Source of the DNA: Azolla caroliniana
Lineage: Eukaryota; Plantae; Polypodiophyta
Direction of reading: 5' to 3'
DNA: 64,000 nt
Assembly: GCA_043228905.1 (NCBI GenBank)
Contig: JBHGNT010000003.1
Span: forward strand, 1,674,001 to 1,738,000
Made by a program: the position numbers and the translations under genes. The notes beneath the pieces were generated by a model, which had not been told where the DNA came from, made no database searches, and saw nothing but the letters and a program-made list of their open reading frames with translations. This document shows, piece after piece, positions 22,678-32,950 of the stretch; within the stretch, counting starts at the first letter, position 1; the number at the start of each line of letters is the position of its first letter.

Positions 22678-24644
22678 CACGGCGTGCTAAGCGTGTTAAC
22701 AAACACTTTAGACACGCCGTGCATCCTTGTAGACGCCTATTTTATCTTCTTAATAGGACCACCTCCACCCCAGACACTTCTATGTGGCTAGGTAATACAA
22801 ATACATCTTTCCCCTTCCGCCCACGCCATAAAAAATCCAATAGTAATAGACTACGAAAAAAGTTTTGGAAACCACTTAGTGCTACCCTTCGAATAGAAAG
22901 TAAAATTCACAATTTATCTAAACACCCCCTTACAAATAATGAAACACATTTACTAAGCTTAGGACTCAAATACATTCCACCATCCTCTCTACCTTCCACT
23001 AATACTATCATTAAAGAATTTGCTAGTTTAAGTAGATCTTTACGTTTAAAACATTTCTTTAGAGACATGGACTCACCCCCCCTTAATCCATTTAAACTAC
23101 CAAATCCTAACTGGAATCCACCATCTCAATATCCCCCTCTTGAAAATATTATTAAAAAACATGAAACCCTCCTTTTGTCTAAACTCCAACAACCTAAACC
23201 CAAACCCGTTAGGACACCATTTCACCTTCGCACAGCCCTTAAGAGCCTTAGGAAAAACAACCAAATTATCGTTCTTCCGGCTGATAAGAACATGGGAGTA
23301 TGTGTTCTAGACAAAGATACCTATTATGAAAAGGCTATAAATCACCTCTCAGATACCACCACCTATAGAAAAGTAACCCATTTTCCATTAGAAGAACTCT
23401 TATATCGCCTAAATAGTATAGTGCAAAAAAATCTAGGGACACTTTCCTTTATCGAAGCTAATTACATACTCCATAAACCTGTAAAGGGATATCAAGTATC
23501 TAATATTTACTTTCTCCCTAAACTCCATAAAACACCCATTAGCTTTAGACCCATCTGTTCTTATAATAACTCGATATTCGAGCAAACCTCGAAATGGCTA
23601 CATTTTCAACTATTACCCATCCTAGTACTCCAAAAACAATACCTAAAAGACTCACACTCACTCATCCAGAAACTAGAACAACTAACCCCCCCTCCTAACA
23701 GTTTCATCTTCTCTTTTGATGTAGAATCCCTTTATCCTAGCATCCCCCCTAAGTTAGGACTTGAAGCACTTCGCCATATCATCTCTCCCCATTTTTCCTT
23801 AGCCAAGACCAATCTTATCTATACCCTTAGCGCTCTAACCCTAGAGTATCACTATCTAACCTTCGATAACCAAGTATACCAACAAATCAAAGGAACGGCC
23901 ATGGGTAGCAACTTCTCAGTTGTCTATGCATGCCTTTTCTTATCACACCTAGAAAACTCACAAACCACACCCCATCTCTTCTATTTTACTAGGTACATAG
24001 ATGATGCATTCGGGGTTTGGACAGGTACGAAACCCCAACTCTTAGACTACCTCAGTTTCTATAGCCTTATGACCAATAACTCTATTAAACTTACGATCCA
24101 TACATCCCCCACTAGGCTCCCTTTCTTGGATATTTGGATCAATCTAGAGAACTCTAAGTTCTCTTTCAATTGTTTCCAAAAACCATTAAATTCCTATCAA
24201 TATCTTCCCTTCTCCTCAGACCATCCTATACACGTCAAACAAAATTTTATTTCAAACGAATTAAAACGCTACCTAGTTAGAGAAAGCACACCTATAGGGT
24301 ACCTAGAAATGAAAAAACGTTTCTTCCTTAGACTCATTAGCCGAGGTTACCCACCAAATTTCATCCTTAAAGCCTTTAATAAACATCCTTTCTCCCTTAG
24401 GAATACTCTCATCCATAAGCATAAAAACAAATCTTCCCTTACACCTACCATATTCAAGCTTAGGTACTCTAAAAACTCCCCTAAATTAGGTATCCACTCG
24501 TTCTTAAAAGACTTACACACCGACCTTAGCCTAGATCCCCAACTAAAAAACATTCCTAAGCCTTTCATATGTTGGACCAAGTCCAAATCACTCTATTCTT
24601 ATCTAGTCAAAACTAAATATATTAGATCCCCAAATCCCCATTAA
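22665..24644 (+). CDS. PLE2 reverse transcriptase ORF2, probably expressed by -1 frameshift
   Basis: The -1 frame reads KKRLARRAKRVNKHFRHAVHPC, homologous to PLE1; PADK, FDVESLYPSIP, GTAMGS, RYIDD; intact; no GIY-YIG recognised. Confidence 0.92.
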   Translation, partial: KKRLARRAKRVNKHFRHAVHPCRRLFYLLNRTTSTPDTSMWLGNTNTSFPFRPRHKKSNSNRLRKKFWKPLSATLRIESKIHNLSKHPLTNNETHLLSLGLKYIPPSSLPSTNTIIKEFASLSRSLRLKHFFRDMDSPPLNPFKLPNPNWNPPSQYPPLENIIKKHETLLLSKLQQPKPKPVRTPFHLRTALKSLRKNNQIIVLPADKNMGVCVLDKDTYYEKAINHLSDTTTYRKVTHFPLEELLYRLNSIVQKNLGTLSFIEANYILHKPVKGYQVSNIYFLPKLHKTPISFRPICSYNNSIFEQTSKWLHFQLLPILVLQKQYLKDSHSLIQKLEQLTPPPNSFIFSFDVESLYPSIPPKLGLEALRHIISPHFSLAKTNLIYTLSALTLEYHYLTFDNQVYQQIKGTAMGSNFSVVYACLFLSHLENSQTTPHLFYFTRYIDDAFGVWTGTKPQLLDYLSFYSLMTNNSIKLTIHTSPTRLPFLDIWINLENSKFSFNCFQKPLNSYQYLPFSSDHPIHVKQNFISNELKRYLVRESTPIGYLEMKKRFFLRLISRGYPPNFILKAFNKHPFSLRNTLIHKHKNKSSLTPTIFKLRYSKNSPKLGIHSFLKDLHTDLSLDPQLKNIPKPFICWTKSKSLYSYLVKTKYIRSPNPH

Positions 24645-24870
24645 AACATCACACTTACTATTGCTATCATTCTACTAGAACTAAATATAATAGATCCCCA
24701 AATCATCCCTTACCATCAAACTCATTAAGCTATCCCTCTCTACATTCACTACCTCCCTAACTCCCACATCCTCCTTTATACACATTCAAATCCCCTCTCA
24801 TCCATCCCCACCACTCCCCTTCACTCTTCTTGCATCTTCCCCTATATAAGCCTCTCACATTTTTGTATAT

Positions 24871-24923
24871 GGTCTTTAGCACTGATGAGCTCATATAGAG
24901 CGAAACATGTTTGCCAAAAGACC
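24871..24923 (+). ncRNA. Minimal type I hammerhead ribozyme (PLE2)
   Basis: GGTCTTTAGCA-CTGATGA-GCTC(atata)GAGC-GAAA-CATG-TT-TGCcAAAAGACC. Confidence 0.92.
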
Positions 24924-24945
24924 TTTTCTTACATAAATTGAAATT

Positions 24946-24982
<37 letters not shown>

Positions 24983-25685
24983 TCCCCTACTACTCTCTTT
25001 TATACTATTCTTTAGTTACCATACTATTTACCCTAACTATCCAACCACCGAAGGTTATACGCTCGCACTCCTCGCTTAGGCCATACGGCCCACTATTACT
25101 AAAGAAAACGGGAAATACAAGAATGCACGAAAACAATAGAGAGAAGTGTACACTAGATGTTTTACGTGGAAAACCCTAAATGGGAAAAACCACGGGAGTC
25201 CTAAAACTCCAACTATCACTATGAACAGGGATGTACACTGGTGAAGCTACAAGGCAACAACCTTGAGCTCACTGTCTTCGCCACAGGCAGCGGTAATACA
25301 CAGAGGCAACAACCTCTTCGTCTCTATCTCTCTCTCTCTCACTCGGCTGCTCTCACTTCGCATAGGAAAAATGAGCAACAACAACAAACTGTTTGCCCTA
25401 AGTCATATTTATACACATATGACTTTCGGGCTATTTACAAATATAGCCTCAAGGGCCCTTGGCAAACATATTCACAAATATGTCCCCGCATCTGGATCTC
25501 TCTCCGGGTACATACGTCATCCGGCTCCGTAACCGGGGTCTTCAGCATCCGGCTCCGTAGCCGGGTACTCTTCATCCGGCTTCATGCCGGGTACTCTTCA
25601 TCATCCGGTTCCGTAACAGCCTCCGGGCTTGCCGTCATTCATCTCCGGACATCCCATCCGGAGGGACCGAAATCCCAACATAAAG

Positions 25686-27626
25686 TTCGAATGGCGAGAC
25701 AAGCACACAAAGGCGATGCAAAGATTAAAGAAACTGCTTCTTGAAGCTCCGGCACTAAAGAAGGCCGACTATGCCGAAGGGAAGCCAATTTACGTGACCG
25801 TAGATACGAGCCCAACCGGAATCGGGTGGGTCATCAATCAAGAAGGTGAAGATAATGAGCAATATGCCGTCCGGTTCGGAGCAAAGGTTCTCAGCGAACG
25901 GCAACAAAGATATGCCCAAGTCAAGCGGGAACTTTGGGGTATTGTGTCGGCAGTGAAGACGGACAAAGATTACCTGATCGGGTCAGAAGTGATAATAGAG
26001 ACAGATTGTCTCCCAATTCTCGGAATGGTCTCGGGATGTGCGACCCCAGATCTTGCTATGCTAAGGTGGATCGCCTACATCAAGTCTTTAAACCCAGAGA
26101 TCCGTCACATTGCAGGGAAGAAGAACGCCATGGCTGACATGCTGTCGAGGGCAAGATTTTCAAACGGAAGTAACATGGTTTCGGAAGATGAAGATGTCGC
26201 CCTCGACTTCTTCAAGATGGCTCGATTGTCGGAGGAAGACCAGGACACGAAAACCCTCCACGCCTTCAACGAGAACGAGTACGAAGGAGAGTGGTTACTC
26301 ATCGGTAGATTCCTAAGAACATTGACGACAGATGCTTCGTTGACAAAGGAGGACGCCCTACGAATCCGAAAGAAAGCTTACCGATACTTCTTGAAGGGAG
26401 GATTCCTTTGGCGACATCCAAAAAGAAGGACAGGAATACCACGACGAGTGGTGGTAAAGAAAGAAGAGCAAGAGACGCTGATGACCGAATTCCACGAGAG
26501 TGCTTGAGCAAGTCATAGAGGAACATGGGCGACGTTCGAAAAGTTGAAGGAGAAGTACTGGTGGCCAAGCATGTACAAAGATGTACTCCATTTCGTGTCC
26601 ACATGCGAAACTTGCCAAGTATATTCAAATATACGTCATCGTGATGAGTTAAAGCCGACATACCCACTCACCATACACTTCAAATGGATGGTGGATCCGG
26701 TCTCGATGCCAATGGGAGTGGGACAAATGAAGTACTTAGCGTTGGCAAGGGAAGACTTGACAAATCAAGTGGAAGGACGAGCCTTGACAAATAAGACGAC
26801 TTCAGCCGTTTGTAAATTTTTACTTGAAGATGTTGTTTGCCGATATGGATGTGTAGGGAAGATAGTGGCCGACCGAGGGGAGTTGGACGCGCACGAAGCG
26901 ACGGAGCTCTTCGAAAGACTAGGCGTGAAGCTCTCCCTCACGACTGCCTACAATCCGGAAGCAAATGGGAAGATCGAGCGAGGGCATGGACCTATCGTTA
27001 AAGCCATCGTACGGGCATGCAACGGTCGAGTCGGGAATTGGCCACGACTATTACCCTATGCCTTGTGGGCCGATAGAACGACACATAGCTCGGTGACAGG
27101 GTATATGCCGACGGAGCTTATGTATGGACAAAAGCCGATTATACCCATCGAAAGGACGATCGCCTCATGGGTAGCGATATCGTGGGAGAACGAGATGAGC
27201 CGAGAAGTGTTATTAGCGGCACGGATAAGGCAACTTGAAAGAAGACCTGAAGATTTAGAAAAAGCGTGAAAGATGATGAAGGCAGCCCGAGTAAAGAACA
27301 AAGTTCGGTTCGACAACACGCATCGACTTTGTCCCAAGAAGATTGAAGAAGGGGATTGGGTTTTGGTTTACGACAGCACCCTTGACAATCAACACAGTAC
27401 AAGGAAGTTCGCAAGAAGATGGTTCGGGCCGTATGTGGTGACAAGTGCCAACGATAATGCCACATACCACCTTGCGGAACTAGACGGATCAAGGTTGGTC
27501 GTACCCATTGCGGGAAAAAGAGTAAAGATTTTCAAGAAAAGACAAGACAAGGATCTTGACCTCGATTACCTCGACGATGAACATAATAGGCCGGATGAAA
27601 ATGAAGACATGGAGGAATCTAATTGA
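25686..27626 (+). pseudogene. Gypsy B pol 3' part (RNaseH-integrase) with two nonsense codons
   Basis: Continues KFEWR after the TSD; VDTSPTGIG, ETDC, integrase core; TGA at 26505-26507 and 27267-27269. Confidence 0.92.
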
Positions 27627-27698
27627 TCATCGTAGCCGAAATCTCACTTCTTCTCTTCTTGGCACGTACCGGAGGACGTGCGGTTTGGTGGGGGTGGA

Positions 27699-28757
27699 TG
27701 TCGTGAAGATTTTCGGCAATAGTGTGAAAATCCCATAAAATGTACGAAATCGAGTATAAATCACATAGTACAATAATTGTGAAGATAACATTTTAAATAG
27801 ATTTAATATCTAAGTACAAAATGATGGAGGTTTCGAATGCACTTTATTACACGAGAAACGGACAACTAAATGTCAAGATATGAGGGTATAAAGTTTGTGA
27901 AAGGAAAAAAGAAAATTGTGAGATATCCCACATAGGCACGACAAATACAGCTCTCATCATATATAAGGTGGAGCAAAAGATATTATCTTTGTGTCTATGT
28001 GTGGAGCATAGAGAGTTCAAGGTAACTTGAACTAAGAGTGGAGGTGGGCTAGCTACTCGTAAAGGGTTTTGGCCAACCAAAACCGGACCGGCGATGGAGC
28101 CGTTGATTCGGCGGCATCCGACGGCAATCCGGCGACAGCACCAGTAACCGACGGCATCTAGCGACAATATCCGGCGAACCGGCATCCGACGACTAGATAA
28201 ATAAATATATATACATATTTACATATACAAGGAGGGCAAGTAAGGATTCGAACCTTACACCTCCAAGTTAGGAGTCAATTGGTTTACCATTAAGCCATGC
28301 TATTTAATTGAAATTATATTTCTATCATTGTAGTTTTACATGTAAATTCTCATACAGGAGAGCTAAAATGAGTGACATGGTTATCATGCACCACATGTAA
28401 TACTTAAGCGCCAAATGGCAAACATGCAATTTATGCATGTCTTGTACCCTCACATGCATCATATGCATGAGAGCATCTATAAAAGAGGGAAGGGGGAGGA
28501 GAAAAAGGACGGTTTTTTTATTATTATGAAATTAAGAAGAAGAAATTCGTTATCAAATTGATGGTGTAACTTGTTTCTTAAATCCAAAGATAAAAAGTTC
28601 AATCGATCTTTCTCAATCGTTTAATCTCAACTTCTCTCTTTCCCAATCTATCTTAAGTACTTTCTCGCCAAAGCTTGTATCGACTCTAAATCCTTCCGGT
28701 CCAGAACCCCGGCGGTTCCGCCTCACGATCCGCGCGTAGTGACGGATCTTCACGACA
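27699..28757 (+). repeat. 3' LTR of Gypsy B
   Basis: Matches 7270-8347; preceded by the PPT, followed by TSD TCGT. Confidence 0.96.
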
Positions 28758-29470
28758 TCGTGATGAGGCCTGAGAGAAGGCTGTTGAAATATCCATTGTC
28801 ATTGTCTTTGCCCCATATATAGAGTGTAATTGCTTAAGGCGATCCACTTCTGGCATCTGCTGAAAATGAATCCATGATCCTACTGATGTTGTTGGCCCAT
28901 TGTCTAATTTTCCCCATGCAAGACAAGGTGTAAGGCCCAATACATTTCCAATAGAATCCCAAACAAGAGAATTAGCCAAAAGCGGTTGATTCATACAACC
29001 ATCCCATGTGTTAGGCATGTCCTTGCGTAAAAAAATATTGATTGCATCCCATGCTCTGACGATCCCTAGTAGAAATCTACTGGATGTTAGATTCTGTCTC
29101 GGTGTCTTAATATATGTCAAGAACATCCATTTCAAAGACGACAACCAATTTCCTCCCGTCTTGGGAGATAATTGCATCAGTTGATTCAGCAACATACCCT
29201 TCCATGCCTCTGTCCCTGGTAACAATCCTCTAACTACAAACTTTGTCAAGAGAGCTCGAGATTGTATCAAGGGATCTATTAGAGCCAACCCTCCCTGACT
29301 TTTTGGCCTAATCAAAACATCCCATGCCACCTTGGCCACTGCACAAGATTCATTTTTTCCACCCCAAAGGAAGTTATGTATGAGGCTTTGAACTTTCATG
29401 ATTGCCGACCTAGAGAGCAACCAAGCAGATGCGATAAACCACATTGAGGCCAACAACACCGAAAACGTTT
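28758..29470 (-). pseudogene. LINE ORF2 post-RT region (upstream part of the LINE split by B)
   Basis: FLWGG...KVAWDVLIRPKSQGGL is typical of L1-clade ORF2. Confidence 0.85.
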
Positions 29471-29829
29471 CTTTACTCATTCATTATGTTCATAAAAGAT
29501 GACTCGTGATTTTTCTTTGACATTTGTTGGGACTCGCGAGATTGTTATGTAATTTTTTGCTTGTGGATTATGTCTCATGTTTAGAGAGGTAAATACCTTC
29601 ATATTGACAAGGAGTTCCTCATGAAATTCCTTATCAATTGTCCTTCTGAAATTTGTGGTTTTGTCGTTTTCCAATATTACAATTTGTTGTGACTTTATCT
29701 CAAATATTTTATGATAATGTAAAAACATGAAGAACTGCAAAAACAATGGCACAACAAATCTACTAGTTCTCTTAGACTTAAGAGTGTCACTAAAAAGCTA
29801 GATGAGTTTATATTTAGAGAAACAAAAGT

Positions 29830-30480
29830 GAATAAATATCATTTTGTTCTTGGCACTCCCACCACTTTTAGGAATGAGATGTATTATCCCCTGTCCAAAT
29901 TCCTCCAACATGTTTCGAGAGGGGATGATCTCCTCATATGCCTGGAGGAGGTCTTCTTTAATAGTATCCCAAAGGCTTGTGAAGAAGTGAGGGGTGAGGC
30001 CATGGATTCCAAGGCAACTATATGCATCCAAATCAGAGAGTGCCTCCCATATTTCGATGATTGATAGGGGATGCGTGAGTCATGTATTCATTTCCATCGT
30101 GTTCATTTCCGTTGTGACTTTCTGGGGTATGCTTTGGAGAATAATATCTTCTCTTGTGTCTTCCCCTATGGCCATACTATCTTCGGTAAGTTGTGTCAAT
30201 ATTCCTCATTTCTTCATCATCCTCAATGGTTGTTCCATACTATCTTCGGTAAGTTGTGCCAATATTCCTCATTTCTTCGTCATCCTCAATGGTTGTTCCA
30301 TCCGCTCGGTTGAGGTTGTGCATCACTATTTCAGCGTGCCTTGATCCGTTGGATCGGAAGAATTCATTCGTGGTTTTGTCCCCTACTTGAATCCAATGAG
30401 CCATGCTTCCATGAAACTCCATGTCATAGATTGCCTTTTTTGCCATAATGCTTCTCAATATTGTCGATAAGTTGCACACA
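29830..30480 (-). pseudogene. LINE ORF2 fragment (linker and RT start) with an internal 63-bp tandem duplication
   Basis: WIQVGDKTTNEFF and GIHGLTPHFF...IIHLIPK motifs; duplication at about 30172-30300. Confidence 0.7.
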
Positions 30481-30519
30481 AATATTGTGGCACACCACTT
30501 AGCACCACTTCTCCCTCAA

Positions 30520-32041
30520 CTCATTCATTCCTCCCCAACAAGATTCGTTACAAATTGGAGCATCCTAGAAAACCTTTTCTCATTCTAGGAAGCAAAAGTC
30601 CTTACTAAATGTACCAACAAGAAGGTAGTTGTGGATGCTCCTAGATTTTGAGAAAACATATGACAGGGTATGTTGGAATTTTCAAGAAAGTGTGATGGGG
30701 AAAATCGGCTTTCAAGAGTCATGGATAAAAGGCACTACAACCCTTTATAGGAATGCCAACAATTGTGTTTCACTAGCACGAGAAAGGGGCCCCCTTCTTC
30801 TTAATATCGTGATCTATACGGCAAGGATGCCCATTAGCTCCATCCTTATTTCTATTATACATTGAAGCACTCTCTAGCTTTCTCAACTCACGACATCTAA
30901 ACCTACGTGACCTTCCTGTTCTGCACTCTCACCAAAGCCTCTTGGATATAGAATTTGCAGATGACACCGCGGCCTACATGCAACAGGACTTGAAAAATCT
31001 AAAGAAACTAGAAAGTGGATTAGACATGTTTTGCAAGAGATCAAACACCATGACCAATTGGCACAAATCTTATGCAATATGGCTTTCTCATGAAGCACAT
31101 CCTGCATGGCACACATATCCCACTTTCAATTGGATCAATCAAGGAGCAAGCACCAAATATTTGGGTTTCCAAATTGGATTCAACATTCCAGTTATTCACT
31201 CCATTAGAAAAAAGTTGATACATTGGAGCTCGAAAAAACTCTCGCTAGCAGGTCACATCATAGTGGCAAACTAGGTAATATTCACAATAGCATGGTACAA
31301 CCTATCATGTTGGACAATCTCCAAGGAAATTATACATCAGATTCAACGATTGGTACACAACTACATTTGGTCTGGTAAGGAATATCCTGCAGCTCGGGCC
31401 AAGGGGGTGTGGCCTATACTCACAGCACCTAAGTCGAGAGGAGGATTGGGTCTGATTGATCCCCTCCAAATTTGTGGTGCGAAGACTCCAACCAGGGGAT
31501 GATTCTTGGAAAATGCTACTATGGTTATGCTTCGCTTACTTTAAGCCACGAAAAGGGGCCAATTAGCCCCCCCAAACGGAATGGATTCTAAACATGGATC
31601 TCAATCCAAGTTTCTCAAGCCAATTGGAGGATAGATTCAATGCATCCATGTGGAATGTGTGGTGTGACATAAGACTAGGGCTCAAGTGCGATCAGCCTAA
31701 TTCTGAACCTACCTTGCTTAGTCAACGCATCCTATGGAACCCATGTAATAGAGATGAATCTGGGCAATTAATTGGATCAAGTAAGGGGTTTTCGTGGGGA
31801 TGCATTGCAAAAGGTCCACGAAAGAGTATAGAATGTTGGAGACGGTTTATGTCATTGCCAATACAAGATCAAGCCAACATACTCCATGGAATCATGGGAT
31901 GGATTATAATGAGATCTGAAATTATTAACGCTCTATTGCTTAGGGAAGCTACTAATCAAAGGATGACAATAGAGCAGTGGATAGGCTACAAGGAGGGTTC
32001 TTTGATCCCAAGAGGTAGGGAAACACCAGACATGACCAAAG
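30520..32041 (+). pseudogene. Degenerate L1-type LINE RT; continues at 38525-39470
   Basis: LDFEKTYDRV, RQGCPLAP, FADD, KYLG motifs with stops and frameshifts. Confidence 0.85.
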
Positions 32042-32343
32042 TGTTGGGAAAGTTGGTTCCTCTGAATGGGAAGGGCCCGAGTCGAATCGGATGGGAAGAG
32101 CACAAGGGGAATTAGTCAACCTCGACTCGACTGAGGCCAAAAAATCGATTAAACGAAAATCGGATAATAATCGATTTCGGCAAATAACCAAATTGGTCTA
32201 ATCGAACTGGGCTATATTTGTAAATAGCCTAGATGTGCCTATTAAGGCTATATTTGTAAATTGTTTGTTATGTATATATATATATATACACACACACTTA
32301 GGGTTGTGCCTATTAAGGCTATATTTGTAAATTGTTTGTTATG

Positions 32344-32375
<32 letters not shown>

Positions 32376-32744
32376 TAGGGCAAGTAGTTAGGTATTATGA
32401 TGATCTTTGTTGTATTGTGGTGGCATAGTTACAATGAGTGGCTGCTTCTGTAACTAAAAGTGTGTTAGAGAGTGCAAGTTGTAACTCTGCCGCCGTCTGT
32501 TAGATGAAGACAAGCTCGAGGTCGTTGCCTCCGAGTTTCATTGTATTCCTCTCCATATTTAGTGATTCTATTCGGAGTCTATGAACTCCCATGGTTTTTC
32601 CCGAGTCAGGTTTTCCATGTAAAACATCCTATGTTCTCTCGTTTTATGTATTTCTGTTTTTTGTCTGTGTGAGCACTATCATTCTAGATCCTTGCACCCA
32701 TATTCGTATACGAGTAACCGGTTGTGGCCGGTCGATTCTCAATA
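32042..32744 (+). mobile_element. Solo LTR related to Copia C
   Basis: Starts TGTTGGGA; shares GGCTATATTTGTAAATAGCC, GGTTTTTCCC..GTAAAACATC and GGTTGTGGCCG with the C LTR; near-TSD CAAAG/TAAAG. Confidence 0.72.
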
Positions 32745-32782
32745 TAAAGGTCACGAATTGCGAGACAATGAGACACCAACAT

Positions 32783-32915
32783 TGTCAGGAATATTACTAA
32801 ACAGAGAGAGAATTAGTACTAGAGAAGGGAAGTAATATTAGAACTAAGAGGACGGGACTGCGTAAGACTCCCGAGAGAGGAAGAGAGAAGAGGAGAGAGA
32901 GAGAGAGATAGTGAG

Positions 32916-32950
<35 letters not shown>

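Larger units (their letters stand above)
21511..25102 (+). mobile_element. Endonuclease-deficient Penelope-like retroelement PLE2 (diverged relative of PLE1)
   Basis: Same ORF1 / frameshift / RT / TATA / hammerhead / (CT)n / terminal-motif layout as PLE1. Confidence 0.9.
12155..25680 (-). mobile_element. Ty1/Copia LTR retrotransposon C, young, 5' LTR interrupted by the PLE pair
   Basis: TSD TAAAG (12150-12154, 25681-25685); LTR 12155-12780 and split LTR 16895-16984 + 25103-25680; tRNA-iMet PBS TGGTATCAGAGC 16881-16892; PPT 12781-12790. Confidence 0.97.
7270..28757 (+). mobile_element. Full-length Ty3/Gypsy LTR retrotransposon B carrying nested Copia and PLE insertions
   Basis: LTRs 7270-8347 and 27699-28757 with TGTCGTGAAGA/TCTTCACGACA ends, 4-bp TSD TCGT (7266-7269, 28758-28761), tRNA-Trp PBS, PPT GGTGGGGGTGGA 27687-27698. 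Confidence 0.96.

Noticed and set aside
17972-24644. Telomerase (TERT), LINE or group II intron RT genes
   Set aside because: The ORFs are intronless, about 650 aa, with PLE-type PADK, LPKxHK, GxxMGS and HP motifs plus hammerheads. No TERT T/CP motifs, APE domain or maturase domain was recognised.
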